A stretch of 64,000 nucleotides of DNA, from positions 4,186 to 68,185 of the IMG/VR virus record IMGVR_UViG_3300028379_000001. One strand, 5' to 3'. The notes below the pieces were generated by a model. The model did not search any database. It had not been told where the DNA came from and saw only the letters and a list, made by a program, of their open reading frames with translations. Both the position numbers and the translations under genes were made by a program. Position 1 is the first letter of the stretch. Every line of letters begins with the position of its first letter. Shown in pieces: positions 54,611 through 64,000 of the stretch. This DNA is from a virus. Its lineage: Duplodnaviria; Caudoviricetes.

Positions 54611-55195
54611 TCATCGCTTGACTCGGGTGCCACTGGTCACCTGGCGATTGGACTTCCGGGTGGTCTTGCGGGGCTTGCGGGGCCGAGGCGCCGCAACCTG
54701 GATGGCGTCTCCTGCGGTGAGCGTGGAAGGCACCCCCTTCGCTGACGATCGGGTCCGAGCGCGGCGCCGGGGCGAGCGCCCGTTCGCGGCCGGACGAGTC
54801 TGGATCTCGGCGTCTCGCCGAGTCGCCGGGGTCGTGGAGACTCGGAAGTTCGGCTTGAAGTTGACGCCGCCCGCTTGGATGCGGAACTGGTTGACCTGGA
54901 TGTCCTCGCCCTTGAAAATCTTGGCGATGTTGGACTGGCCACCCTTGTCGCCGAACCGACCGGCGATGTTGTCGATGCCTCGGTTGATGACGGAGCGGCC
55001 GATGTCCGAGCCGTTCACGCGCTCGACTCGAACCAGAGCGCCAACGTACAACTGCGCCCGGCCCGGCAGGACCGGGACGCGAACGCCAGCGTTGTAGGAG
55101 ATCGACCGAGTGGACAGCCGGACGCTCTGCGACAGCTTCGGTCGGAACCGACCGTTGGGGTAACGGGGGTGCTCAGCAGCGTTCCAGCGCGCCAC
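54611..55195 (-). CDS. Basic Arg-rich head-region protein
   Basis: GTG 55195 after AAGGAGG; EHPRYPNGRF motif; R/K-rich tail. Confidence 0.7.
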   Translation of the reverse strand: MARWNAAEHPRYPNGRFRPKLSQSVRLSTRSISYNAGVRVPVLPGRAQLYVGALVRVERVNGSDIGRSVINRGIDNIAGRFGDKGGQSNIAKIFKGEDIQVNQFRIQAGGVNFKPNFRVSTTPATRRDAEIQTRPAANGRSPRRRARTRSSAKGVPSTLTAGDAIQVAAPRPRKPRKTTRKSNRQVTSGTRVKR

Positions 55196-55224
55196 GGGTC
55201 CTCCTTGTTTGGGGTCCCTTGATT

Positions 55225-56727
55225 CTACCGGGCAGCCGTCGCGCGCCGGGCGGAGAGGAAGTGATGGACGCCCTTGGCGACCGCGTCCACGATGTCGTCG
55301 TTCTCCACATTCGGGTATGCGATCTGCTGCTCCTCCAGAGCGGTAAGTCCGGGCGCGTGGAAGACCCACTCGCGCGTGTAGTAATCGTGGAGGTCGGCGA
55401 TGCGCTGGATCTTCGGCGCGTGCTCGTGCGGAGTGAGAACCTGGACCGATCGAGGGAGCGGGAGGATGCGGACCTTGACGAAGTCGCCGCCCTGGTTCAC
55501 CTCGATGATGACTGTGGTGATGTCGGGGTGCGTCCGGATGAACCAGTGGACCAATTCGCGCAGCTTGTCGGGGCGGAGCTTCACGCCCCGCGCCCATTCG
55601 ACCATAACGCGACGCTGCGCCGGATCGCTCGCGAGTAGCGCAATGCCGGTGTAGTCGGAGGTCTCCTTGGATGTGGTCGCCGGGTCAATCACGAGCACCT
55701 TGTGCGAGGACTGGAAGTGCGCATCGTAGCGGAAGTCATCCCGGTCCCAGAAGCCCGAGCTTGTGGAGAGCGGCTGGTTCTGCATGTTGAGGGCGAAGGT
55801 CCGGGTCCGGCGCATCGCGCCCAACTCGTCCGCGTCCCACCGTACCGGCCAGAGACTGCGCTCTACGCCCTTCTCGTCGCGGTACAGCGCCGGGTAGTAC
55901 CGGCACTTGAAGTTCTCCTCCTCGATCCACTCCGCGACCTTCCCGCCCGTGGCGGATCGCACGACGTCGTGGATGATGGAGTCGTACATGACGGTTGTCC
56001 CGACCATCTCGACCGCCGCGTTCAGGTTCATGGGCAGGATCGCGTCGAGGATCGTCCGGAGGCGCTTCTCCTTGGCGCCGAGCCCGTAGCGGGCACCGGG
56101 CGGCTCGACATCATCCAGGCACAGGAGATCCGGGCGCATCGTGCCGGACTTGAGCCCGAGCGTCCGCGCGTCGATCCCCTTGGCGATGATCGTGTGCCCG
56201 CCCTTGCTGTGGAACTCCGTGGAGTTGTCGGTGTCCGAGCGGTTGCCGCGTCGGAGCGCCGGGGCGCACAGGTCGGGGTAATCTGTGATGAGCCGGGGGT
56301 TGGTCTCCAGCTCCTTCTTGAGGGAGCGGAAGTGCTCGAATGCCTGCCCACCCGCGTCGCTGAACAGTGCGGGGAAGTGGCGGTGTCCGTGGGCGAGCGC
56401 CCACATCGGGAGGATGCCGAAGTCCCAGGTGGATTTGCCCGAGTGGCGAGGAGCGGACCACGCGCGGCGGTGCTCGCGGTTCCCGAGCGGGTTCCGCCAG
56501 CGGAGAGCGTTCTGTGCCATGTCTATGTGGAGCTGGTTCAGGCTGAACCGGTTCTTGGTCTCGCTGGATCGGAGCCAGTCCGGCATGTACACGAACGCGA
56601 ACAGGAGCGGGTTGTCCCGAGTCACCGCCCGCCGGTATTCCGGCTCATCCATGTAGTCCGGGTCGAGTCCCCGGACGAGGGAGTGGATGGCGAAACCCGG
56701 CGGGTGGTAGATGTAGTTGTCATCCAT
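55225..56727 (-). CDS. terL: Terminase large subunit 2 (complete)
   Basis: Walker A APRHSGKS, Walker B LLCLDDVE, VGTT, nuclease VIDPA...SDYTG...NDDIVDA. Confidence 0.9.
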   Translation of the reverse strand: MDDNYIYHPPGFAIHSLVRGLDPDYMDEPEYRRAVTRDNPLLFAFVYMPDWLRSSETKNRFSLNQLHIDMAQNALRWRNPLGNREHRRAWSAPRHSGKSTWDFGILPMWALAHGHRHFPALFSDAGGQAFEHFRSLKKELETNPRLITDYPDLCAPALRRGNRSDTDNSTEFHSKGGHTIIAKGIDARTLGLKSGTMRPDLLCLDDVEPPGARYGLGAKEKRLRTILDAILPMNLNAAVEMVGTTVMYDSIIHDVVRSATGGKVAEWIEEENFKCRYYPALYRDEKGVERSLWPVRWDADELGAMRRTRTFALNMQNQPLSTSSGFWDRDDFRYDAHFQSSHKVLVIDPATTSKETSDYTGIALLASDPAQRRVMVEWARGVKLRPDKLRELVHWFIRTHPDITTVIIEVNQGGDFVKVRILPLPRSVQVLTPHEHAPKIQRIADLHDYYTREWVFHAPGLTALEEQQIAYPNVENDDIVDAVAKGVHHFLSARRATAAR

Positions 56728-57202
56728 CGGTCTGCTCGCGCTCCTGCTGTTCTGCCTGCATCTGGAAGGCCTGGATCATCTCCCGAATCTCCAGGTCATG
56801 CTCGGTAAGGGCGGCGACGTGGCCCTGGAACTTGGTTGGTGCGTCGAGGCCCAATAGCTCGCGCCGACTCTTCAACAACCGATCCAGAACCACCAGTGCC
56901 TTGAGCTTGTCCACCGGGTCGATGATCTGGCGCAGCGCCTCGATCCCCTGATGGTACAACTCGTCCAGTTGCTGGACTGCGAGAATTCGTTCCTCTTCCG
57001 CGCCAGGCGGGGCATTCATCCGCAGCCCCTCCTTGAACAGCTTGTGCGCTGTCGAGGTGGAGCAATTCAGCTTCTCGGCGATGAGGGGGAACGTCGCCCC
57101 ATCACGCCGCATCTCCCAGACGAGTCGAATCTGCTCGGCGCGCTCGACCGGATCGGGGTTGGGGTGGTTGATGGATTGCCCCAACCTCCGCTCGATCGCC
57201 AT
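56720..57202 (-). CDS. HTH protein, probable terminase small subunit
   Basis: MRRDGATFPLIAEKLNCSTSTAH HTH; SRRELLGLDAP; overlaps TerL2 start. Confidence 0.7.
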   Translation of the reverse strand: MAIERRLGQSINHPNPDPVERAEQIRLVWEMRRDGATFPLIAEKLNCSTSTAHKLFKEGLRMNAPPGAEEERILAVQQLDELYHQGIEALRQIIDPVDKLKALVVLDRLLKSRRELLGLDAPTKFQGHVAALTEHDLEIREMIQAFQMQAEQQEREQTDG

Positions 57203-57296
57203 TCCGCGCTGCCTATCCTCCGATTATGTAGCTTCCGGCTACAGGTGTTCGTGCGTGAATCCTAGCAGGAGTATGAACAGAATGCACTCCTGGCTG

Positions 57297-58691
57297 CTAG
57301 CTATTGTCGTCAACACCCCGCTTAGTGTAGTGGCCGGTCTTGATCCACTCTCGCATCTCGGCCTTCGTCATCGAGTCGAGATCCACCGGCGAAGGCCCGC
57401 CCGGCGGAAGCGCGACGATCTGGTTGGACTCGTTGAACTTTGCCTCCAGATCCTTCAGCCGTCGGATCTCGCCGCGTCGCTTGAACTCCAGCGCCTGATA
57501 CGTGCCGAGTTCCCGCCCGGCGGACACGGCCGCGTGCGCGTGGCGCTCGGTTTCGCTCCGCAGATTGTCGGCCTGCTTCCGCAGTCTTCCGATGGTCTTC
57601 TCGCCGATGTTGTGCAGGAGCTGCCACTGGTTGCTACGCGACTCCAGATGAGCGATACGCTCCGCGTGTTCGGCACGCCGATCCTGCCACTGGAAGTGCG
57701 CCTGCCACTGGAGCCCATAGATCGCCATCGCGTAGACGAACATCGCCGTGTTGAAGAGCGCCATGCTATCCACGCGGCCCCTCCATCAGTCGCAGGATCG
57801 TGTAGCAGATCATCGCGGTCACAATCAGCCAGAAGACGTAGCCGATCGCATTGTCGAGGACTGCCTGCCAGCCGAACATCGTCATCAGTGCCGCTTCCTC
57901 TCCAAGTACAGGAACAACCCAATCACGCAGATCAGGAACACGCCGCCGGACACGAACGTCGCGGTCCACTCCCCCGCCGTCACAGGGAGACCGCCGAAGT
58001 TCCAGCCGACCTTAGTCATCTCCCATCGCCCCCGCCCGTGGGCCGTTCTCCAGCATCTCGGGCGGGGGCGCCTGGAATCCGGCGGCCTGCCTCGCGCGCA
58101 GGTGCTCCAGTCGCCGATCCTCGGCGGCCTTCTCGCGGATGGCGTTCTTGGTCAGGACGAACCACCCCAGCGACATCAGCAGGAACAGGATCGCGGCGGC
58201 GAGGATGTGGAACATGAACCCGACGATCGCCACAAGGGCGACCCCGGCCCCGAGCAGGACATAGGCCGGTCCCTTGAGGCCGGGGTCGAGCCCCTGCAGC
58301 GGATCGAACTTCATGCTACTCCTGCTCTCCTAGGTTGTGTCCGCTCGGCTTCGGGCGGGTGTTGTACGGGCACTCGGGGTGCAGACAGGCTTCCTTCTTG
58401 GGTCCGCCCACGAGCCCCTTCACACACTTCCCCGGGCACACCGGGTCACTCGTCGTGTTCGTCGTCTGGGACACTGTTGAACTGCCTCCACTTCAGCCAT
58501 GTGTCGATCAGGGCGATGGCGATGGCCAGGGCAGTGAACACGACCACGTACCGGAACACTCCGAGCCGATCCGGCAGGAGGTTCCCGAAGTAGACCGTTC
58601 CCACGTACAGCCCCAGCAGCACCATCAGGCAGGCCCACGTCACGAGCGCGGACCGGACCAGGTAGCGGCGCCAGTCCAGAAGCTCCTTCAC
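57297..58691 (-). other. Cluster of membrane/coiled-coil small genes: 57297-57773, 57766-57885, 57885-58019, 58012-58314, 58446-58691
   Basis: Hydrophobic segments; overlapping stop/start codons. Confidence 0.6.
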
Positions 58692-59524
58692 AGACCCAGC
58701 CCGCGCTCGTAGCGGCTCGCCCGCTTGTCCATCACTTCGCGGTCGACTCGATCACCCGGCCCTGCGATCCGGTCCCGGCTTCCCGCTCCGCCTTCACCGG
58801 CGCGGGCTCGGCCGCTGGTGTCACCGGGCCTGTACGTACTGCATCGGGCACAGCAGACACCCGCTCCCGTTGCACAACCTTCCGTGCACGATCCGGCACA
58901 GTTCTCACACCTCTCATTGGCCATCTCTGTCCTCCCGGTTAATAGCGCGCCGCGCGCCGTCCAGATCATTTCTTCTGGTATTCCTTGCAGGTCTGTTTGG
59001 GGTGCGTAGACCAACAGATCACCGCACAGTCCCAGCACTCCTGGCAGTAGACGTCGGAGTCTCCCGGCGCCCAGTCCTCCTTCTGTCCGCATTCACATTC
59101 GCATGCGCACTCCTTCTTCTCCTTCCTGCTAGCCATCACGACTCCCGGTGTGGCTTGTTGGTCGCGCCGCAAATGAGCGGGTCGACTGCGGTCGACGCCA
59201 CCCATTGCTGCAGGGACATCGAGAAGAAAAGCGGCCGATCACAGTCTACGCAGCGGGGCCTCTCCTCAGCCACGAAAGTCCGCCTCCAACGAACGCGCCG
59301 AGACCAAGAGCGGCTTCGTCGGGACCGCCTTCCCCATTCGCTTCGCGCACGGGGCGCAGAAGATCCCTCGGAGCCCATCGACCGTCTGGGCCTTGCCGGG
59401 CTCGCCGCAGATCTCGCACTGCCCGCTAGCCACGGCAGTCAACCCTGCACCAGATCTTGCCGTCCACGAACACGAAGACATAGGTCTCCTTGCCGCACTT
59501 CCAGCACTTCGCCAGCATGCTCAT
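58688..59524 (-). other. Five tandem Cys-rich microgenes: 58688-58924, 58966-59136, 59136-59273, 59266-59433, 59426-59524
   Basis: CxxC/CxC motifs in each; coupled starts. Confidence 0.65.
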
Positions 59525-60308
59525 CCGTTCGACCTCTTCTCCTTCAGCTCCTCCAGACTGGGCCACTTGTGGCCCTTGTCGATCATGACGGCGTGGAACA
59601 GGCCGATGTTCAGCGGCGGCTCGCCCTCCCCCGCCCACTGCCAGTTGTCCTGGTAGTCGGACCAGGCCCACCGGATCTCGACGTCCTCGGGGTTCGGATC
59701 TCCCGCCGACGCGAGGAGGTTCTGCACCGTGACCTTGACCGCGTCGTCGCCGTACATGATCATTGCCTCGCGGCCGATCGCGGCAGTCCGGTACGTCTCC
59801 ATCACGCGAGGTCCGCGAGCTGGTCGCCGATGCGGGCGTTGGCGTTCTCTTCCAGCTCCTTGGCGAAGGCCCGAGCCTGCATGATGACCGGCTTCATCAT
59901 CAGCTCGGTGCCGTTCTCCTTGGCCTCGTGCTCGACGACATCGGCGCCCTTCCGGATGAGCGGGACCACCGCCAGGATCACCATCGGGTTCCGCAGGGTC
60001 TTCGGCAGTGCGGTCTGCTTCTGTCGGCTCACGTCTTACTCCTCCGTAGTGGCTTCCGGGCCACGTGTGCGCGCCCCCGGCGTTCGGGGCCACGATCGGT
60101 CTGGGTTCTGGTGCTTGAGTGCTTCCTGGACCTCGTCCACCGGCCATCCGATCACCATGCCCGGCGAATACCTCGTCATGGTCTTACGGGTGGAACCGGG
60201 GTGGGAGTGGCCCAACATCTCGTGGACCAGTTCCTTCGGGTAGACGATGAATGCACCCTCGGGAACAAACATCATCACTCCGGGGTCCTTCTGCTTCTTC
60301 TTGGTCAC
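59521..60308 (-). other. Three hypothetical genes: 59521-59802, 59802-60032, 60036-60308
   Basis: ORF track; starts re-called. Confidence 0.65.
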
Positions 60309-60344
60309 ACGATCGGTTCCCTTCCTCCCCGCTTGACCCTCTCA

Positions 60345-60385
60345 ATGATAGACGCCCCCGGCGTTTTACGCTAGGGGCGTCTATC
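60345..60385 (-). promoter_or_regulatory. Two degenerate GACGC-N5-GCGTC sites forming a hairpin, with TATCAT -10 candidate
   Basis: 60351-65 and 60367-81, one mismatch each; upstream of the 60308 operon. Confidence 0.55.
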
Positions 60386-60405
60386 AGGCCTTACTCAGGA
60401 ACCGG

Positions 60406-60654
60406 CTACTTCCGGACCTTCGAGCCCTGGGTGTTCGACTTCGCTCCGGGCCATACTCCGGTGTACCGCTTGTGGAACTTCGCGCAAACACCCTTCGCCT
60501 GTCCGTCGCTCATTCCGTGCTTCCGGGCCTGTCGAACGCAGCGGGTGAAGTCCCCGCCCGTGCCCCAGCGGATACGCTTCCCGACCTTCCCGCCGGGGGC
60601 GTACGCCTTCTGGAGCTGAGCCGGCATTCGGCTCGCCGTACTACCCTTCGCCAT
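60406..60654 (-). CDS. Small basic protein (WGTGGDFTRCVRQARKH...CAKFH)
   Basis: ORF track; K/R-rich. Confidence 0.7.
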   Translation of the reverse strand: MAKGSTASRMPAQLQKAYAPGGKVGKRIRWGTGGDFTRCVRQARKHGMSDGQAKGVCAKFHKRYTGVWPGAKSNTQGSKVRK

Positions 60655-60932
60655 TACTCCTCCTCGTCGATCACGACGTTGCCGAACTGGAACAGCTCCA
60701 GCCCCTTGTGCAGGAGACCGATAGCGGCGGTCGACCTGCAGTGTCCGTGCCGGAAGGCCAGACCGAACCCCTCGCCGTCGGTCTCGCCCTCGTCGTCGAG
60801 GGTGATCCCCTCGATCACCACAACGTAGTCCACGAGCGTTTCACGGGGCAGGAGCTTGTACGCATCCACAACCCGATCCATCGCCTCGTCGAGGGCCTTG
60901 TCGGCTGCCTTCTGTGCCAGCGTCTTAGCCAA
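60654..60932 (-). CDS. Hypothetical protein
   Basis: Probable TTG start at 60932 after GAGGAG. Confidence 0.55.
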   Translation of the reverse strand: MAKTLAQKAADKALDEAMDRVVDAYKLLPRETLVDYVVVIEGITLDDEGETDGEGFGLAFRHGHCRSTAAIGLLHKGLELFQFGNVVIDEEE

Positions 60933-61179
60933 AGTTCTTCTTGCTCCTCGCGAGGGCGTTCTTGGCGGCCTTGGTGGTGGCGCGCTTGCCGACGGCCTTG
61001 TTCCGAACGCCGGGACGGCGCCGCTTCTTGGCTCCGACCTTCCCGCCCGAGAGGTTCTTCTTGGCCTTCTGCTTCTCCTCGTCCTTGCGCGCCTTGTTCT
61101 GCTGGATGGTCTCGACCTTCTCGCCATCCGACTTGTGCGCGAACTTCCCATTCTTGGATCGCGTGTACCTACGCGCCAT
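60925..61179 (-). CDS. Highly basic protein (MARRYTRSKNGKFAHK...)
   Basis: RBS AGGAG; about one third K/R. Confidence 0.7.
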   Translation of the reverse strand: MARRYTRSKNGKFAHKSDGEKVETIQQNKARKDEEKQKAKKNLSGGKVGAKKRRRPGVRNKAVGKRATTKAAKNALARSKKNFG

Positions 61180-61384
61180 CGGGCTTCTCCTGGCTCGGCT
61201 GGTTGTTGACGGAGCCCCAGTCGGGAGGCCGGAAATCGGCCCTTAAATGCTCCGTAGCGGTTTCAGGCCTCCGGGAGGACCCGGAAGACGTTTCAGGAAG
61301 GCTCTGACCACATGAGGGGCACGTGCCGCGCCTTCTCGATCGCTTCTCGTGCCGCTTCGCGTCGCGTTCGGCTCGACTACTCAC
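61169..61384 (-). CDS. Hypothetical basic protein with CPSC
   Basis: Overlaps portal stop. Confidence 0.45.
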   Translation of the reverse strand: MSSRAERDAKRHEKRSRRRGTCPSCGQSLPETSSGSSRRPETATEHLRADFRPPDWGSVNNQPSQEKPDGA

Positions 61385-62879
61385 TCGGGACCACCTCCTG
61401 GGTGTCGTTGGCGCCGAGTTCCGCGTTCACCCGCTCGGCGAACGGGTCCGCCGTCAGCGACTTCTGCTCGGCGAGGACTTCGGCGCTGTCGGCGCTGATC
61501 TCCAGGCCCAACCGATCGATCAACATCTGCCGGCCTTCGGCGATCGTGATGAGCTTGGCGGTGACGAGGGCGGTGACTTCCTCGATCACCCCCGCCCGGT
61601 TGATCGGGAGCGGGTCGCCAAAGATCGTGGCCACGGAGACCTCGGTAGTGATCCCCTCGTACGCGGCGAACCACATGCGCGCGATGTCGAAGAACATCTG
61701 GTCGTAGATCCCGATCATCGCCATCTCGCGCTCGGCGTTCCCGGCGAGGATCGGGGAGAGCTGGAACTGGAGGGAGATGCCGGACTCCGCAACCGCGACG
61801 TCCACCTTCCCCATCGCGATGTCGGGGACGCCGACGCCGGTCGCGCCGCTGTCTTCGAGCAACTTGATGTGGTCCTGCGAGGGGGCCACGCTGCCAACCC
61901 CTTGCAGCCTGCCCACCACGCGGCCCTGTGGGACCTCGGTCATCCGGAGCGGACCCAACTCCCACGCGGTCGGCTCGCCTGCCTCGTTGATCGGCGGAGC
62001 CGCGTCGGTCCAGTAGCCGCCGAGCCCCGACATCACCAGCGCCAGATCCTCGTCGGAGATGGACTGGTTGATCGCGGCCAGCACCAGCTCGATACCGCGC
62101 ACGAGGCTGTGCCCAAACTTGCCGTTCTGCGACTCCCCGTTGGGGATGTGGTAGACGGGCAGGCTCGTGATCACCGGAGGCAGCTCGGTTGGGTTGACGA
62201 GTTGCTGGACCTTGGTGATGTCCGTAGGCTCCAGGTTCCGGTCGTCCCACTTCCCGATCTCGAACAGGGCCAGCTCGGTCGTGATGGAACCGGTCTCGGT
62301 CTTCCGGTAGGTCTGGACCCGCGCGAGTTGCTTGTTGTCGTCGTTCGGGTCCTTCACCGTGTCCACGAGATGACATCCGAGAACGCGCGTGTCGTTGTCG
62401 GGGTCCATGATCGGGAAGTACTGCGAGGGGTGGACCTCGTGAATGGAGATCCGTTCGCCTTCGGGCTTCGCCGGGTCCGCCGTGATGTGCCAGATGACGT
62501 CGCCCCGGATGAGGCCGTTGCGCTTCTGGGAGATGTACTTGGTGTAGAACCGCTCGCGCTTGAAGAGGGCGGCGAACGCGTCCTCGACGAGCTGCTTGTC
62601 GCCGTCGGTTCCGCCCTCCCCGGCCTCGACGACGAAGTCCATGTCCACGCCCAGGAAGCGGTTCGTCGCCTCGACGATCTTCCGCGCGCTCGGGAGGTAG
62701 ATCGGCGCTTGGTCCTCGCCGCGCTGGAGCAGTCGGAAGGTCTCGGGGTGGTTCCAGTACATCTGCTCATACAGGTTGTACGCGCGGATGCGGTTCTGGT
62801 CGAACTCGGGCAGTCCAGCAGCGGCCTGTTCCTGGAAGAACGGGACGGCCGAACTGTACTGATGGTAGGTTGCCATCAC
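61377..62879 (-). CDS. Portal protein
   Basis: 500 aa directly after TerL1; RIRAYNLYEQMY, YHIPN...FGHS, ESGISLQFQLSP. Confidence 0.9.
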   Translation of the reverse strand: MMATYHQYSSAVPFFQEQAAAGLPEFDQNRIRAYNLYEQMYWNHPETFRLLQRGEDQAPIYLPSARKIVEATNRFLGVDMDFVVEAGEGGTDGDKQLVEDAFAALFKRERFYTKYISQKRNGLIRGDVIWHITADPAKPEGERISIHEVHPSQYFPIMDPDNDTRVLGCHLVDTVKDPNDDNKQLARVQTYRKTETGSITTELALFEIGKWDDRNLEPTDITKVQQLVNPTELPPVITSLPVYHIPNGESQNGKFGHSLVRGIELVLAAINQSISDEDLALVMSGLGGYWTDAAPPINEAGEPTAWELGPLRMTEVPQGRVVGRLQGVGSVAPSQDHIKLLEDSGATGVGVPDIAMGKVDVAVAESGISLQFQLSPILAGNAEREMAMIGIYDQMFFDIARMWFAAYEGITTEVSVATIFGDPLPINRAGVIEEVTALVTAKLITIAEGRQMLIDRLGLEISADSAEVLAEQKSLTADPFAERVNAELGANDTQEVVPSE

Positions 62880-64000
62880 ATTCTCCTCTGCCTGCGCTTG
62901 TTCCCAATTGTAGCGCGGTTGTTGCGGCTCATACCGCTATCCGCTGGCGTGCCTTCCCAGCCCGCGAAGAACCGCCCAAGCGCCTCGGGTGTGTGGTCGT
63001 CCTTCTTCATCGGGTTCTCATGAGCCTCATCGCCAAGGATCGACTCCTTTCGGTCGGGATAGCGATATGCGAGGAACTCACGGATCGTGTTCGTGCATCG
63101 GCGGTGGAACCGAAGCCGGGGTAACCGCTCCGTATGGCCAACTGGCAGATGCCGCAGGTCCTTGCGTGGCTTGAGTGCTTCGCGGATAGCGTCGAGGCGA
63201 TGCTTGAGCTCCCCGCCCGTTCCGCCGCCAGACGGGATGCGGAGGATCTTCTCGATCTGGGCATTGTCCCCAGGCGCTGCCGGATCTCCATAGAACATCC
63301 GTACGCCACGATCCAGCTGGCGCTCGCGAACAGTCTCAGCGAACACATCCGGCGTCATCTCCCTCTCGTAGACCTCGTCCAGTACGTCGATGTTCCCCCA
63401 GGGGTCGATCTGTATGTAGAGCCAGACCGAAGGGTTCCGATACCCCGCATCGCACGCAGCATAGTGGAGATAGGACGGCTCGTAGGGAATGTCGTCCACG
63501 TGCCACTCTTCGTCGAACTCCTTGAAGACGCGGCCGACGAACTCGGTGAAGTCGGCGCCGATCTCCTGCATGAAGGCGTCGGGCGTGAGGTCGTTCAGCA
63601 TGCCCACGATCTCGGAGTCGATCACGAGCCCGAGGTGTTCCGCGAGTTCTTCGGCGTTGTGGCGATTCTTCGGCGACTTCTGCAACTCGACGACCTTGCG
63701 AACGTGTTCGCCGATCGTCGGGGTCTTGTAGACGTAGGGGTTCATCCAACTCGGAACCCGCCAGGAATCCCATTCGGAGTAAGCCGGGTCCTGGCCCTGC
63801 TGCCATCGCTTGTAGAACCAGTTCTTGCCCTCCGGGGTGGACGTCATAAGCGCCCAGCCGTCGAAGTCGGCGAGCATGGGTCGAATGTACTTGACCCAGA
63901 CGACCTCCTTCAGCTTCGCAGCCTCCGCCAGCACCACTCCGTGCAGTCCTTCGCCCACCAGAGTGTCAGGGTGCTTGGCAGACTTAGCATGAAGCTGGAA
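62876..64000 (-). CDS. terL: Terminase large subunit 1 (5' end outside window)
   Basis: LVGEGLHGVVLAEAA Walker B, TSTPEG coupling motif, nuclease ACDAG and KKDDHTPEAL. Confidence 0.9.
   Translation of the reverse strand, partial: FQLHAKSAKHPDTLVGEGLHGVVLAEAAKLKEVVWVKYIRPMLADFDGWALMTSTPEGKNWFYKRWQQGQDPAYSEWDSWRVPSWMNPYVYKTPTIGEHVRKVVELQKSPKNRHNAEELAEHLGLVIDSEIVGMLNDLTPDAFMQEIGADFTEFVGRVFKEFDEEWHVDDIPYEPSYLHYAACDAGYRNPSVWLYIQIDPWGNIDVLDEVYEREMTPDVFAETVRERQLDRGVRMFYGDPAAPGDNAQIEKILRIPSGGGTGGELKHRLDAIREALKPRKDLRHLPVGHTERLPRLRFHRRCTNTIREFLAYRYPDRKESILGDEAHENPMKKDDHTPEALGRFFAGWEGTPADSGMSRNNRATIGNKRRQRRM

Noticed and set aside
3378-63806. Many long plus-strand ORFs in the track (e.g. 39005-42232, 61323-63023, 35361-37070, 49145-50638)
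   Set aside because: They are antisense shadows of GC3-biased minus-strand genes, with no RBS or recognisable motifs.
1-64000. Integrase/repressor or prophage boundaries
   Set aside because: None is recognisable in the window; lifestyle cannot be decided because part of the genome is missing.

Overview
This window is most of the genome of a high-GC (~68% by eye) tailed siphovirus-type phage, probably infecting an actinobacterium. Essentially all credible genes are on the minus strand. Reading down the minus strand from 64000: large terminase 1 (partial), portal, a ~4 kb insert of microproteins, a second complete small+large terminase pair, basic proteins, a JAB/MPN protease, MuF-like protein, scaffold, decoration protein, major capsid, head/neck fibres, neck and tail genes, tape measure, minor tail proteins (one with a GH16 domain), and a lysis cassette (M15-type endolysin, holin; no lysin B seen). 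A ~1 kb non-coding block follows, then early microgenes, SNF2 helicase, Cas4-like exonuclease, AAA ATPase/SSB, a putative nucleotide-modification cluster, DnaE, an enlarged divergent ThyX, a RuvC-like resolvase and a prim-pol/helicase (partial). No integrase, tRNA or CRISPR array was seen. The strongest unexplained signal is a 1.06 kb segment (27577-28638) at the head of the early region that is almost entirely purged of CA/TG dinucleotides. Its three genes appear to start at ATC/ATA instead of ATG and are missing from the ORF track. Other highlights are two intact large terminases, a family of promoters carrying a GACGC-N5-GCGTC palindrome, and a JAB protease beside capsid/scaffold proteins that share a G-GAE leader motif. 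Functional calls come from motif recognition only; no database searches were run.
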